Source: Robiginitalea sp. (lineage in GTDB: Bacteria > Bacteroidota > Bacteroidia > Flavobacteriales > Flavobacteriaceae). From it: 37,509 nt of DNA. The translations under genes were made by a program, and so were the position numbers. The notes under the pieces were generated by a model that saw only the letters and a list, made by a program, of their open reading frames with translations, made no database searches and had not been told where the DNA came from. The stretch covers positions 1 to 37,509 of the forward strand of contig JBNKHB010000001.1 of NCBI GenBank assembly GCA_050290125.1, in the 5' to 3' direction. Below, one piece after another: positions 25,333 through 36,376 of this stretch (the stretch's first letter is position 1; each line of letters opens with the position of its first letter).

Positions 25333-27627
25333 ATGAGCAAGGAGAAAAAGAGGAGAGAAGCCCTGGTATACCATGCCAAGCCCCGGCCCGGTAAGATCGA
25401 GATCGTCCCCACCAAACCCTATTCCACCCAGCGCGATCTGGCCCTGGCCTATTCCCCGGGGGTAGCCGAGCCCTGCCTTGAAATTGAAAAAGACCGGGAA
25501 CAGGTTTACAAATACACCGCCAAAGGCAATATTGTGGCGGTGATCTCGAACGGGACGGCAGTACTCGGACTCGGGGATATCGGTCCGGAAGCTTCCAAAC
25601 CGGTCATGGAGGGGAAAAGCCTGCTCTTTAAGATCTTTGCGGACATCGATGGCATTGACATTGAGCTGGATACCAAGGATGTGGACAAGTTCGTGGAGAC
25701 CGTCAAGATCCTGGCACCCACCTTTGGCGGGATCAACCTGGAAGACATCAAAGCGCCCGAAGCCTTCGAGATCGAGCGGCGGCTCAAGGAAGAACTGGAC
25801 ATTCCCGTCATGCACGACGACCAGCATGGGACGGCCATCATTTCAGCGGCTGCGTTGCTCAACGCACTGGAACTGACCAAGAGGAAGATCGGGGAGGTAA
25901 AGATCGTGATCAGCGGGGCAGGGGCGGCGGCCATTTCCTGCAGCCGGTTGTACCGGTCCTTTGGGGCCTCCTCCGAAAATATGGTAATGCTGGACAGCAA
26001 AGGGGTGATCCGCAAAGACCGGGAAGGGCTGTCTGCGGAAAAGAAAGAATTCGCTACGGACCGGAAGATCGATACCCTGGAGGAAGCGGTCAAAGGCTCG
26101 GATGTTTTTATCGGCTTGTCCATTGCGGACATCCTCAGTGCGGACATGCTCAAGACCATGGCCCCGAACCCCATTGTCTTTGCCATGGCGAACCCGGACC
26201 CTGAGATCAATTACAACCTGGCCATGAAAACACGGAAAGACATTATCATGGCTACCGGGCGTTCCGACCACCCGAATCAGGTGAACAACGTCCTGGGATT
26301 CCCGTTCATCTTCCGGGGGGCGCTGGACGTGCGCGCTACAAAGATCAATGAGGAAATGAAAATGGCGGCGGTGAAGGCCCTGGCCAGCCTGGCCAAGCAA
26401 CCGGTACCGGAACAGGTGAACGTGGCCTATGGCGAAACGCGCCTGACCTTTGGAAAAGAATACATCATCCCCAAACCCTTTGACCCCCGGCTTATTGCCG
26501 AGATCCCGCCGGCGGTGGCCCGGGCGGCCATGGAAAGCGGGGTGGCCCGTGACCCCATTGCGGACTGGAACCGTTACCGGGAGGAGCTGCTGCAACGTTC
26601 CGGAGACGACAAGAAGGTGATCCGCTGGCTCATGAACCGGGCCAAGTCGGATCCCAAAAAGATCGTTTTTGCCGAGGCAGACCAGCTGGACGTGCTCAAG
26701 GCGGCGCAGATTGCCTGTGAAGAGGGGATTGCGCATCCCATCCTGTTGGGCAGCCGCGAAAAGATAGAGAAGCTCAAAAAGGAACTGGAATTTGACACGG
26801 AAGTACCCATCGTGGACCAGTACACTGCGGATTCTTTGGAAAAGCGGGATGCATATGCCAAACGCTATTGGGAACTCAGGCGGCGCAAGGGTTGTACGCT
26901 GTACAGTGCGAAAAGCCGGATGCGGGAACGGAACTACTTCGGGGCCATGATGGTGCTTGAAGGGGATGCCGACGGGATGATCTCAGGATATTCACGCTCC
27001 TACGCATCCGCCGTGAAGCCCATCTTTGAAGTGATCGGCAAGGGGACGGACGTTTCCAAGGCCGCTACGGTGCACATCATGATCACTTCCCGGGGGCCGC
27101 TTTTCCTGGCGGACACTTCCATTAATATCGACCCCACTGCAGAGGAACTGGCGGAGATCACGCGCATGACGGCCAACCTGGCCAACGCCTTTAATTTTGA
27201 CCCGGTGATCGCGCTGTTGTCCTACGCCAATTTCGGTTCCTCCTCCCACCCGCAGGCAAAAAAAGTCCGCAAGGCGATCCAACTGCTTCACGAGGAAAAC
27301 CCGGACCTGGTGGTAGACGGCGAGATCCAGACCGATTTTGCCCTGAACAAAAAACTTCGGCAAACCCAGTTCCCGTTTTCCAAACTGGCCGGCCAGCAGG
27401 TGAATACCCTGGTATTCCCCAATCTGGATGCTGCGAACATCACCTATAAGCTCATCAAGGAACTACAGGCTTCCGATACCATCGGACCGATCATGTTGGG
27501 GCTCCGGAAGGCGGTCCACATCCTGCAGATGGGTGCCAGCGTGGAAGAGATGGTGAATATGACCGCGGTGGCGGTGATTGACGCCCAGGAACGCGAGAAA
27601 CGACGCAAAGCGCGGAAGAACCAATAA
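25333..27627 (+). CDS. maeB: NADP-dependent malic enzyme with phosphotransacetylase-like C-terminal domain
   Basis: LAYSPGVA, NGTAVLGLG, INLEDI, HDDQHGT, GAGAA and TGRSD motifs; PTA-like domain with DGEIQ and FPNL. Confidence 0.95.
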   Translation: MSKEKKRREALVYHAKPRPGKIEIVPTKPYSTQRDLALAYSPGVAEPCLEIEKDREQVYKYTAKGNIVAVISNGTAVLGLGDIGPEASKPVMEGKSLLFKIFADIDGIDIELDTKDVDKFVETVKILAPTFGGINLEDIKAPEAFEIERRLKEELDIPVMHDDQHGTAIISAAALLNALELTKRKIGEVKIVISGAGAAAISCSRLYRSFGASSENMVMLDSKGVIRKDREGLSAEKKEFATDRKIDTLEEAVKGSDVFIGLSIADILSADMLKTMAPNPIVFAMANPDPEINYNLAMKTRKDIIMATGRSDHPNQVNNVLGFPFIFRGALDVRATKINEEMKMAAVKALASLAKQPVPEQVNVAYGETRLTFGKEYIIPKPFDPRLIAEIPPAVARAAMESGVARDPIADWNRYREELLQRSGDDKKVIRWLMNRAKSDPKKIVFAEADQLDVLKAAQIACEEGIAHPILLGSREKIEKLKKELEFDTEVPIVDQYTADSLEKRDAYAKRYWELRRRKGCTLYSAKSRMRERNYFGAMMVLEGDADGMISGYSRSYASAVKPIFEVIGKGTDVSKAATVHIMITSRGPLFLADTSINIDPTAEELAEITRMTANLANAFNFDPVIALLSYANFGSSSHPQAKKVRKAIQLLHEENPDLVVDGEIQTDFALNKKLRQTQFPFSKLAGQQVNTLVFPNLDAANITYKLIKELQASDTIGPIMLGLRKAVHILQMGASVEEMVNMTAVAVIDAQEREKRRKARKNQ

Positions 27628-27657
27628 AGGGGGATCCCCCTGTCCAAATCCGGACCC

Positions 27658-28239
27658 ATGATAGACCACTTAAGCGGCAGGCTTATCGAAAAGCACCCCA
27701 CCCACCTGATCGTGGAATGCGGAGGGGTGGGTTATTTCGTGAACATCTCCCTGTATACCTATGCCGCCGTACCCGATCAGGAAAACCTGAAAATTTACAC
27801 CCATCTGCAAATCCGGGAAGACGCCCATACCCTGTACGGATTTCACACCAGGGCGGAGCGGGAGACTTTCCGCCTGCTTATCTCCGTATCCGGGGTAGGG
27901 GCCAGTACCGCGCGCACCATGCTGTCCTCCATGACGCCCCAGCAAATCCGGGAGGCGATCGCCGGTGGCGACGTCCCATCCATACAGTCCGTCAAGGGCA
28001 TTGGTGCCAAGACGGCGCAACGCGTAATCCTGGACCTGAGGGATAAAATTTTGCGTATTTACGACCTGGACGAACTTTCCCACAAATCAGACAATACAAA
28101 TAAAGAAGAAGCGTTATCTGCTTTAGAGGTTCTTGGCTTTACCAGAAAGCAATCCGAAAAGCCCGTAGATGCGGCCCTTCGGCAGGATCCTTCGCTAAGC
28201 GTCGAGGGCATTATCAAGATGGCGCTTAAAAATTTGTAA
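27658..28239 (+). CDS. ruvA: Holliday junction DNA-binding subunit RuvA
   Basis: GGVGY, REDAHTLYGF, VSGVG, VKGIGAKTAQR and ALEVLGF motifs. Confidence 0.96.
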   Translation: MIDHLSGRLIEKHPTHLIVECGGVGYFVNISLYTYAAVPDQENLKIYTHLQIREDAHTLYGFHTRAERETFRLLISVSGVGASTARTMLSSMTPQQIREAIAGGDVPSIQSVKGIGAKTAQRVILDLRDKILRIYDLDELSHKSDNTNKEEALSALEVLGFTRKQSEKPVDAALRQDPSLSVEGIIKMALKNL

Positions 28240-28244
28240 AAAGT

Positions 28245-31200
28245 TTGAAAAAAGGGGCATCGGCATTTTACATCCGTTACCGTAAACTGTTTCTTTTCCT
28301 TTCCTTTTCGCTGCTGGCGGCCATGAGCCCGCTGGCTGCGCAGGATACGGAAATACCAGCCGATTCGGTTCAGGTTGATTCGGTCAAGACCGGATTCGAG
28401 CTGGGCCGTCTTCGGATGGAGAATCCCTCCAGCATTGTATCCAAATACACCTACGATCCGCAGCTGGATCGCTATATCTACACCGAATCCGTCGGCGACT
28501 ACGACATTTCCTACCCCATTATCCTGACCCCGGAACAGTATCTGGAACTGGTCCGCCAGGGCGATATCAAGTCTTATTTTAAGGAGAAGATCGACGCCTT
28601 CAGCGGGAAGAAGGAGGGCAGCGAGGAGGCCCGGAAGAACCTGCTCCCGAATTTCTACGTAAACAGCAGCTTTTTTGAGACCATCTTTGGCGGGAATACC
28701 ATTGAAGTGGTGCCCCAGGGGTCGGTAGCCATGGACCTGGGGGTGATCTGGCAGAAGAATGACAACCCGGCGCTCTCGCCGCGAAACCGCACCAACCTGG
28801 CCTTTGACTTTGACCAGCGGATTAGCCTCAGCATGCTGGGCAAGATCGGGGAACGGCTGCAGGTAACCGCCCAGTACGATACGGAAGCCACCTTCGATTT
28901 CCAGAACCTGATTAAGCTGGACTATACGCCTACCGAAGACGATATCATCCGGAAGATCGAGGTGGGGAATGTGAATATGCCGCTGAACAGCTCCCTGATC
29001 ACGGGGGCCCAGAGTTTGTTCGGGGTAAAAACGCAATTGCAGTTCGGACGTACGACCGTTACCGCTGTATTCTCCGAACAACGCTCCCAAAACAATACGG
29101 TGGTGGCGCAGGGAGGCGGGACCCTGAACGAATTTGAACTGACGGCCCTGGATTACGACGAGGACCGGCACTTTTTCCTGGCCCAGTATTTCCGCGACCG
29201 CTACGACGCCGCGCTGGCGAACTACCCTTATATCAATAGCCAGGTGCAGATCACCCGCTTGGAGGTCTGGGTGACCAACCGCAGCCAGCAGACCCTGAAC
29301 GTGCGGAACATCGTGGCCATCCAGGACCTTGGGGAAGCCATATCCGACCTGACCCGCATCGGCATAGCGGGCGGCGCGCAAGCCGGCTTTTTCAATACGG
29401 GAACGGGCGGCGATTTGCCGCGAAACGGGGCGAACGATTACGACCCGGCCCTGATCGGCAGCGGCGGGGTCCTTACCCCGGACATCCGCGATATCGCCAC
29501 GGTAGACGATGGCTTCCAGATTCCGGGCGGTTACGTGGCCAACCAGGGATTTGACTATGCCATTCTGGAGAATGCGAGAAAACTGGAACCCGGCCGGGAC
29601 TACAGCTACCATTCCCAGTTGGGCTACATCTCGCTGAACCAGCGGCTGAGCAATGACGAGGTGCTGGCGGTGGCCTTCCAATACACCATCGGCGGGCAGG
29701 TTTTCCAGGTAGGGGAATTCGCCAACGGAGGCCTGGACGCGACCACGGTAAGCCCGGGTGCCCAGATAGAGATCAACAACAACAACCTGGTGCTGAAGCT
29801 CCTCAAGAGCAACATCACCAACGTCGGGGATCCCATATGGGACCTGATGATGAAGAACATATACGCCACCGGTGCGTTCCAGCTGAGCCAGGATGATTTT
29901 AAGCTGAATATCCTGTACTCGGATCCCACCCCGCGGAACTACATTACCCCCGTAAACCCGGATGTGGGCTGGCCGGATGTCCCCAAACCCTTGGAGGAGC
30001 GCATCCTGCTGGACGTCTTCAACCTGGACCGGCTCAATGTGTACAACGACGTGCAACCCGGCGGGGACGGCTTCTTTGATTTTGTGCCCGGCCTCACGGT
30101 AAACACCGAGAACGGCCTGATCATCTTTACCAAGGTGGAGCCCTTCGGGTCCTACCTTTTCGAGCTCATGGGCGGTGGCACCTACGATGTGGCCAACGAC
30201 CAGGGCTACAACGAGAACCAGCAGAAATACGTGTTCCGCAACATGTACACCCAGACCAAGGCGGCTTCCCTTCAGGATGCGGAAAAGAACCGCTTCCGCC
30301 TCAAGGGGCGCTACAAGTCCGAAACCGGCAGCGGCATCCCCATCGGGGCCTTTAACGTGCCCAGGGGATCGGTGCGGGTAACCGCCGGGGGAAGGCAGTT
30401 GCAGGAAGGCATCGATTACACGGTGAACTACCAGGCGGGAACGGTCCAGATCCTGGACCCCAGCCTGCAGGCTTCCAATACGCCCATCAACATCTCTGTG
30501 GAGAACAATGCCGTGTTCGGACAGCAGACGCGGCGCTTTACCGGGGTAAACGTGGAACACCAGATCAGCGAAAAATTCGTACTGGGGGCCACGCTGCTGA
30601 ACCTGAACGAACGCCCGCTCACCCAGAAAGCCAATTTTGGGGTAGAGCCGGTTAATAACACCATCTTTGGCCTGAACGGGAATTTTTCTACGGAGGTGCC
30701 CTTCCTTACCCGTCTGGCCAACATGCTCCCCAACGTGGATACGGATGTGCCCTCAAACGTATCCGTTAGGGGAGAGGTGGCGTTCCTGAAACCTAATTCA
30801 CCCAAAAATGCGGACTTCCAGGGGGAGACTACCAGTTACCTGGACGACTTTGAAGGCGCCCAGGCCCTGATCGACATCCGTTCTTCGCTCGGATGGAGCC
30901 TGGCCAGTACGCCTTTGGAATTCCTGGACGAAGGGGAGGACGACCTGGCCACCGGTTATGAACGCGCCAAGTTGGCGTGGTATACCATCGACCCGATTTT
31001 CTACACGAACCAGCGCCCCTCGGGGATCAGCGACAACGACATCTCGCTCAACTCCACCCGCCGGATCTTTATAGACGAAGTCTTCCCGCGGATCGATATC
31101 GCCCAGGGGCAGACGCAGGTGCAGAATACCCTGGACATTGCCTATTACCCCAACCAAAAAGGACCGTATAATGCCAACCCCAACTTTGCCGGGGAATCTC

Positions 31201-34200
31201 CCCAGGAAAAATGGGCGGGGATCATGCGGTCGCTCTCCAGTACCAACTTTGAGCAGTCCAACGTGGAGTTCGTGCAATTCTGGGTCCTGGACCCGTATGT
31301 GGACGGGGAAGCCACCGGCCCGGGCGAACTGGTGCTCAACCTGGGGAACATCAGCGAGGACATCCTGGCCGACGGCCGCAAACAATATGAAAACGGCTTA
31401 CCCGGCGTAAGCTCAAACGACCTTACCGCCAGCACGGTCTGGGGACAGGTGCCCGCCACCCAGGCGCTGGTATATGCCTTTGACGCCGACGAGGCCAACC
31501 GCAGCCTGCAGGATATCGGCTTTGATGGCCTGGACGATAGCGAGGAGGCCGCCCAGGGGTATAACGGCCCGGCGGAAGACCCGGCCCTGGACAACTACGT
31601 GTACTACCTGAACCGGGAGGGCAGCGTGCTGGAGCGCTACCTGGATTTCAACAACACGGACGGGAACTCCCCGGTAGCCGTAACCAATACCAACCGCGGG
31701 AATACAACCCTGCCGGACGTGGAGGACGTGGACCGGGACCTGACCATGAATACCGTGAACAGCTATTACGAGTACCGCATCCCCATCCGTCCCGGCATCA
31801 CCATCGACGACCCGTATGTAACGGATATCAAGGACGGCGTTACCCCGAACCTGCCCAACGGCAGCCAGCTGAACCGCCGCTGGATCCAGTTCAAGATCCC
31901 GCTCAGCGACTTTACCGATGCGGTGGGCGGCATTACCGATTTCCGCTCGATCAGCTTTATGCGGATGTACCTGACCGGCTTTGCCGATCCGGTGGTGCTG
32001 CGTTTTGCCACCCTGGACCTGGTGCGCGGGGACTGGCGGACCTATACCAAGACGCTGCAGACCAACAACGACAACCCTGCCGACGATGCCACCACCGTAG
32101 ATGTAAACACGGTAAACGTGGAAGAGAACGAGGCCCGGATCCCCATCCCCTACGTGCTGCCTCCCGGCGTATTCCGCGAGCAGTTGAACAACAACAATAC
32201 CATCGTCCGGCAGAATGAGCAGTCGCTTTCCTTCCTGGTGGACATGCTGGAGCCTCAGGACGCCCGTGGAGTCTTCAAGAACGTAAGCATGGACATGCGG
32301 CAGTACGAACGCCTCAAGATGTTCATGCACGCCGAAAAGATCGTGGAGTCCGACCCCTTTACCGACGGGGAGTCCCTGGTCGGGTTCCTTCGGATCGGAA
32401 CCGACTTTTCTGAAAACTTCTACCAGTTGGAAGTCCCGCTTGAGTTTACCCCCTTCTCGGCCGCTACCGCCGAACAGGTGTGGCCGGAGGCCAACGAACT
32501 GGATGTGGCGCTGTCCGACCTTAACAAGGTGAAATCTGCCGGGATCGCCAACCAAACCCTTGGGCAGGTAACCTATTACGAGGTAGTGGACGGCGAAGCG
32601 GTTGAGGTCCCCGAATTCGCTCCCCGCCAACCCGGCCGCGTGCGGATCGGGATACGGGGGAATCCGTCGCTGGGGAGCATCCGCAGCATGATGGTGGGGG
32701 TCAAGAATATAGACAACATTCCGCTGAGGGCCGAGGTGTGGTTTAACGAACTGCGACTGGCCGGCCTGGACAACCAGGGAGGGTGGGCCGCAGTGGCGGC
32801 CATCGACGCCAACATGGCGGACTTCGCTAACGTATCGGCCACGGGTAACACCAGTACCTCCGGCTTTGGGGCCATCGACCAGATGCCGAACGAGCGGGCC
32901 CGGGAAGATGCTATCTCCTACGACGTGGTGACCAATGTGGAGGTGGGCAAACTATTCCCCGAGAAGTGGAACCTGCAGATTCCGTTCAACTACGGCATTT
33001 CCGAACAACTCATCACGCCCGAATTCGATCCGGTCTACGACGACCTGAAGCTGCAGGACCGCATCGATGCAGCGGCCACTGCCGAGGAGGCGGAACAGAT
33101 CCAGCGTCAGGCCGAGGATTATACCAAGCGCACCAGCATCAACTTTATCGGGGTTCGAAAGAACCGCGGGGAGGAAGCCGAGGCGAACTTCTTTGACATC
33201 GAGAATTTCACTTTCAACTACTCCTATAACGAAACGGACCACCGGGATTTTGAGGTGGCCTCCCTCCGCGATCAGAACGTACAGGCGGGCGTGGTATACA
33301 ACCACAACTTTAAACCGGCCACGGTGGAGCCCTTCGCCAAGAACGACTCGCTCTTCAGGGGAAGTTACTGGCAGTGGCTCAAGGAGCTGAATTTTAACCT
33401 GCTCCCCACCAGTATTTCGCTGCAGTCCGACATCAACCGGCAATTCAACCAGCAGCGTTTCCGCGACGTATTGGAGCCCGGGGTGGAAAGCCTGGAATTG
33501 CCGCTGCTGCAACAGCGCAACTACCAGTTCAACTGGCAATACAATCTGAATTACGCCCTTAGCAAGTCGCTGCGGGTACAACTGACAGGCTCCAACAACA
33601 GCATCATACGGAACTACTATGAAGAGGTGGGCAACCCCTTCTCGGACATACTGGAAGACCGAACCCTTTGGGACGGCTTTTTTGACATCGGGGAGCCCAA
33701 CCGGCATTCGCAGCAAATGACGCTCAATTACGAACTGCCGCTGAGCAAGATCCCGATCCTGGACTTTATCAATGCCCAGTATACCTACACCAGCAACTTT
33801 GAATGGCAGCGCGGAGGGGACGCCCTGAACCTGGCGGTGGCCCAGGCCCAGAATCCCGGCGTACCGGACGACCAGCTGAACCTGACCTCTATCAACACGG
33901 TACAGAACGCCAATACGCATACCCTGACCGCCGCCCTGAGCATGCAGCGCTTTTACGACCGGATCGGGCTGAAGAAATCCAGCGGGAAACCCACCACGGG
34001 CATCGCCCCGCCCCGTTCGGACAAGGCCGGCAATACCCGGGAAGGCGAGGCTGCAAGCGGGGAGAAGAAGACCGGGAAGCTCTTTAACACGGTGGTGGAT
34101 GTGATCACCATGGTCAAGCGCCTGAACGTGAACTACAGTGAAAACAACGGGACGGTACTGCCGGGCTATACCCAGTCCATCGGCTTTATCGGCACCACCC

Positions 34201-35441
34201 GGCCCACCCTCGGCTTTGTATTCGGGAGCCAGAGCGACGTCCGCTTCCTGGCCGCGCGGAACGGCTGGCTCACCAACTTCAACGCCTTCAACGAGCAGTT
34301 CATCCAGCGTACCAACAAGCAACTCAACATTACGGCCACGGCCCAGCCCGTGCCCGAGCTTACCATCGACCTGCTGGCGGACCGGCAGTATTCGGAGAGC
34401 TTGCAGGAGAATTTCTCCATTGTGGACGGAGTCTACGAACCGGAGGCGCCCAACACCTTCGGAAATTTCAGCATCTCCACGCTGATGATCGCTACCGCCT
34501 TCAACAAGAGCGACGAGAGCAGTTCCGAGGCCTTTCAAACCTTTAAGGACAACCGGATCGTGATTGCCAACCGGCTGGTGTCGGACCGTTCAGAACCCGA
34601 TAACGGGGTGGATGCCGACGGCTTTCCGACCCGGTACGGCAAGACCCAGCAGGAAGTGTTGCTGCCCGCTTTCTTCGCGGCTTATACGGGCCAGGATGTC
34701 AACCGGGTAAACCTGGACGCTTTCCGCGACATCCCCATCCCCAACTGGAATATCAAGTATACGGGGCTTATGAAGAACAAGTGGTTCAAAAAGCAATTCA
34801 AACGCTTCTCTATCAGCCATGGCTACCGGGCCGCCTATAGCATCAATTCCTTCCAGACCAACCTGGAGCGAAATCAATTGCTCAACGACGACGACGACAA
34901 TACGCAAGCCATTGAGGCCGAAACCCAGGACCGGATGCCGGAGCAACTCATCAACAACGTGGTACTGAACGACCAGTTCAACCCCCTGGTGCGGGTGGAT
35001 TTTGAGATGCAGAGTTCGCTAAGCGTCCTGGCTGAGATCCGGACCGACCGCGCCCTCTCATTGAGCTTCGACAACAACCTGCTCACCGAGATCAACGGCA
35101 AGGAATATACCCTGGGCCTCGGGTACCGCTTCAAGGATGTGCAGTTCGTGACCCGGATCGCTGGGGAGCGCCAGCGGCTGAAGGGCGACCTGAATCTCAA
35201 AGCGGACTTTAGCCTGCGGGACAACATCACCATCATCAGGAACCTGGATATCGACAACAACCAGATCACCTCCGGGCAGAACCTGTTCTCGGTGAAGTTC
35301 ACCGCGGATTACGCCCTGACCAAGAACCTGAATGCCCTCTTTTTCTACGACCATTCCTTCTCCAAATTCGCCGTCTCCACGGCCTTCCCGCAGACCACCA
35401 TCAATACGGGGTTCACCCTGCGGTATAACTTCGGAAACTAG
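28245..35441 (+). CDS. sprA: Type IX secretion system outer-membrane translocon SprA
   Basis: 2398 aa with signal peptide; FDFDQRI, IEVGNV, SLITGAQSLFG and WFNELRL motifs; C-terminal LRYNFGN; ruvA-sprA-gcvH synteny. Confidence 0.93.
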   Translation: MKKGASAFYIRYRKLFLFLSFSLLAAMSPLAAQDTEIPADSVQVDSVKTGFELGRLRMENPSSIVSKYTYDPQLDRYIYTESVGDYDISYPIILTPEQYLELVRQGDIKSYFKEKIDAFSGKKEGSEEARKNLLPNFYVNSSFFETIFGGNTIEVVPQGSVAMDLGVIWQKNDNPALSPRNRTNLAFDFDQRISLSMLGKIGERLQVTAQYDTEATFDFQNLIKLDYTPTEDDIIRKIEVGNVNMPLNSSLITGAQSLFGVKTQLQFGRTTVTAVFSEQRSQNNTVVAQGGGTLNEFELTALDYDEDRHFFLAQYFRDRYDAALANYPYINSQVQITRLEVWVTNRSQQTLNVRNIVAIQDLGEAISDLTRIGIAGGAQAGFFNTGTGGDLPRNGANDYDPALIGSGGVLTPDIRDIATVDDGFQIPGGYVANQGFDYAILENARKLEPGRDYSYHSQLGYISLNQRLSNDEVLAVAFQYTIGGQVFQVGEFANGGLDATTVSPGAQIEINNNNLVLKLLKSNITNVGDPIWDLMMKNIYATGAFQLSQDDFKLNILYSDPTPRNYITPVNPDVGWPDVPKPLEERILLDVFNLDRLNVYNDVQPGGDGFFDFVPGLTVNTENGLIIFTKVEPFGSYLFELMGGGTYDVANDQGYNENQQKYVFRNMYTQTKAASLQDAEKNRFRLKGRYKSETGSGIPIGAFNVPRGSVRVTAGGRQLQEGIDYTVNYQAGTVQILDPSLQASNTPINISVENNAVFGQQTRRFTGVNVEHQISEKFVLGATLLNLNERPLTQKANFGVEPVNNTIFGLNGNFSTEVPFLTRLANMLPNVDTDVPSNVSVRGEVAFLKPNSPKNADFQGETTSYLDDFEGAQALIDIRSSLGWSLASTPLEFLDEGEDDLATGYERAKLAWYTIDPIFYTNQRPSGISDNDISLNSTRRIFIDEVFPRIDIAQGQTQVQNTLDIAYYPNQKGPYNANPNFAGESPQEKWAGIMRSLSSTNFEQSNVEFVQFWVLDPYVDGEATGPGELVLNLGNISEDILADGRKQYENGLPGVSSNDLTASTVWGQVPATQALVYAFDADEANRSLQDIGFDGLDDSEEAAQGYNGPAEDPALDNYVYYLNREGSVLERYLDFNNTDGNSPVAVTNTNRGNTTLPDVEDVDRDLTMNTVNSYYEYRIPIRPGITIDDPYVTDIKDGVTPNLPNGSQLNRRWIQFKIPLSDFTDAVGGITDFRSISFMRMYLTGFADPVVLRFATLDLVRGDWRTYTKTLQTNNDNPADDATTVDVNTVNVEENEARIPIPYVLPPGVFREQLNNNNTIVRQNEQSLSFLVDMLEPQDARGVFKNVSMDMRQYERLKMFMHAEKIVESDPFTDGESLVGFLRIGTDFSENFYQLEVPLEFTPFSAATAEQVWPEANELDVALSDLNKVKSAGIANQTLGQVTYYEVVDGEAVEVPEFAPRQPGRVRIGIRGNPSLGSIRSMMVGVKNIDNIPLRAEVWFNELRLAGLDNQGGWAAVAAIDANMADFANVSATGNTSTSGFGAIDQMPNERAREDAISYDVVTNVEVGKLFPEKWNLQIPFNYGISEQLITPEFDPVYDDLKLQDRIDAAATAEEAEQIQRQAEDYTKRTSINFIGVRKNRGEEAEANFFDIENFTFNYSYNETDHRDFEVASLRDQNVQAGVVYNHNFKPATVEPFAKNDSLFRGSYWQWLKELNFNLLPTSISLQSDINRQFNQQRFRDVLEPGVESLELPLLQQRNYQFNWQYNLNYALSKSLRVQLTGSNNSIIRNYYEEVGNPFSDILEDRTLWDGFFDIGEPNRHSQQMTLNYELPLSKIPILDFINAQYTYTSNFEWQRGGDALNLAVAQAQNPGVPDDQLNLTSINTVQNANTHTLTAALSMQRFYDRIGLKKSSGKPTTGIAPPRSDKAGNTREGEAASGEKKTGKLFNTVVDVITMVKRLNVNYSENNGTVLPGYTQSIGFIGTTRPTLGFVFGSQSDVRFLAARNGWLTNFNAFNEQFIQRTNKQLNITATAQPVPELTIDLLADRQYSESLQENFSIVDGVYEPEAPNTFGNFSISTLMIATAFNKSDESSSEAFQTFKDNRIVIANRLVSDRSEPDNGVDADGFPTRYGKTQQEVLLPAFFAAYTGQDVNRVNLDAFRDIPIPNWNIKYTGLMKNKWFKKQFKRFSISHGYRAAYSINSFQTNLERNQLLNDDDDNTQAIEAETQDRMPEQLINNVVLNDQFNPLVRVDFEMQSSLSVLAEIRTDRALSLSFDNNLLTEINGKEYTLGLGYRFKDVQFVTRIAGERQRLKGDLNLKADFSLRDNITIIRNLDIDNNQITSGQNLFSVKFTADYALTKNLNALFFYDHSFSKFAVSTAFPQTTINTGFTLRYNFGN

Positions 35442-35513
35442 GCCTGCTGCGGTCCTGGCCGGCACGCTGCGAAATTGACCCCGCCGGCGTTGGAGCTTAC
35501 CATTGGAATACGT

Positions 35514-35521
35514 TACATTTG
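35514..35521 (+). promoter_or_regulatory. -7 promoter element for gcvH
   Basis: TACATTTG, 25 nt upstream of the ATG at 35547. Confidence 0.6.
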
Positions 35522-35546
35522 CGGCACTGCTAAAATCTTAGAGCCG

Positions 35547-35927
35547 ATGAATATACCAGCCGATCTCAAATACACAAAGGACCACGAATGGGTGCGTGTG
35601 GAAGGGGACGTCGCCACGGTGGGCATTACCGATTTCGCCCAGGGCGAGCTTGGGGATATTGTCTATGTGGAGGTGGACACTCTGGATGAAACTCTGGAAC
35701 GCGAAGCGGTGTTCGGCACGGTAGAAGCCGTAAAGACCGTTTCGGACCTGTTCCTGCCGCTCAGCGGGGAGATCATTGAATTTAACGAGGCACTCGAGGA
35801 CGAGCCGGAGAAGGTGAATACCGATCCTTACGGCGCGGGCTGGATGGTTCGTATCAAATTTTCGGACCCCAGCGAAGTGGAGGAGTTGCTTTCGGATGCC
35901 CAGTACAAAGAACTTATCGGAGCCTAG
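35547..35927 (+). CDS. gcvH: Glycine cleavage system H protein
   Basis: YTKDHEW, GITDFAQ, lipoyl-Lys motif EAVKTVSD and NTDPYGAGW. Confidence 0.96.
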   Translation: MNIPADLKYTKDHEWVRVEGDVATVGITDFAQGELGDIVYVEVDTLDETLEREAVFGTVEAVKTVSDLFLPLSGEIIEFNEALEDEPEKVNTDPYGAGWMVRIKFSDPSEVEELLSDAQYKELIGA

Positions 35928-36321
35928 GACCGCTTGGGCCATCCCGGCCTTCTTTATCTGGATGGCTGCCGTGACCTTTGCCTGCCTGGCCTCTTTGGAC
36001 GAGCTGGATACAGGAGGTCTTAACCTGCCTTACGGTGATAAGGTGGCGCATTTCGGTTTTTACATGGTTGCCATGGTCCTCGCCTTGCTGGCTATCCGGG
36101 CCCGTAAAAGGGGCCGGGTCGGTTTTACAGGGACTGCCCTGGTAGCCTTTGCCGTCCTGTTGGCCTACAGCGGCATTATTGAGTTGCTCCAGGACCAAAT
36201 GGACAACGGCCGGGCCGCCGAATGGGCGGATATGGCGGCCAATGCCCTGGGTCTTTCAGGAGGCGTTGCCTCAACGAAAGTGCTGTTTCACGCATTCCCG
36301 TGGGGAAAATGGGAGAATTAG
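35896..36321 (+). CDS. VanZ-like membrane protein
   Basis: DKVAHF, IELLQ and R...DMAAN motifs; start overlaps the gcvH 3' end and is uncertain. Confidence 0.8.
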   Translation: MPSTKNLSEPRTAWAIPAFFIWMAAVTFACLASLDELDTGGLNLPYGDKVAHFGFYMVAMVLALLAIRARKRGRVGFTGTALVAFAVLLAYSGIIELLQDQMDNGRAAEWADMAANALGLSGGVASTKVLFHAFPWGKWEN

Positions 36322-36376
36322 TTGCGGATTTTATAAAAGAATAGTTAAATTAGCGAACACTTAAATCGTTAAAAGC

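Noticed and set aside
28059-30560. 833-aa antisense ORF (and 405- and 528-aa ORFs further on) opposite sprA
   Set aside because: Shadow ORFs produced by strong GC3 codon bias; fully overlap a well-supported gene and show no motifs
35896-36321. vanZ as a glycopeptide resistance gene
   Set aside because: VanZ-like proteins are widespread and no van cluster is present
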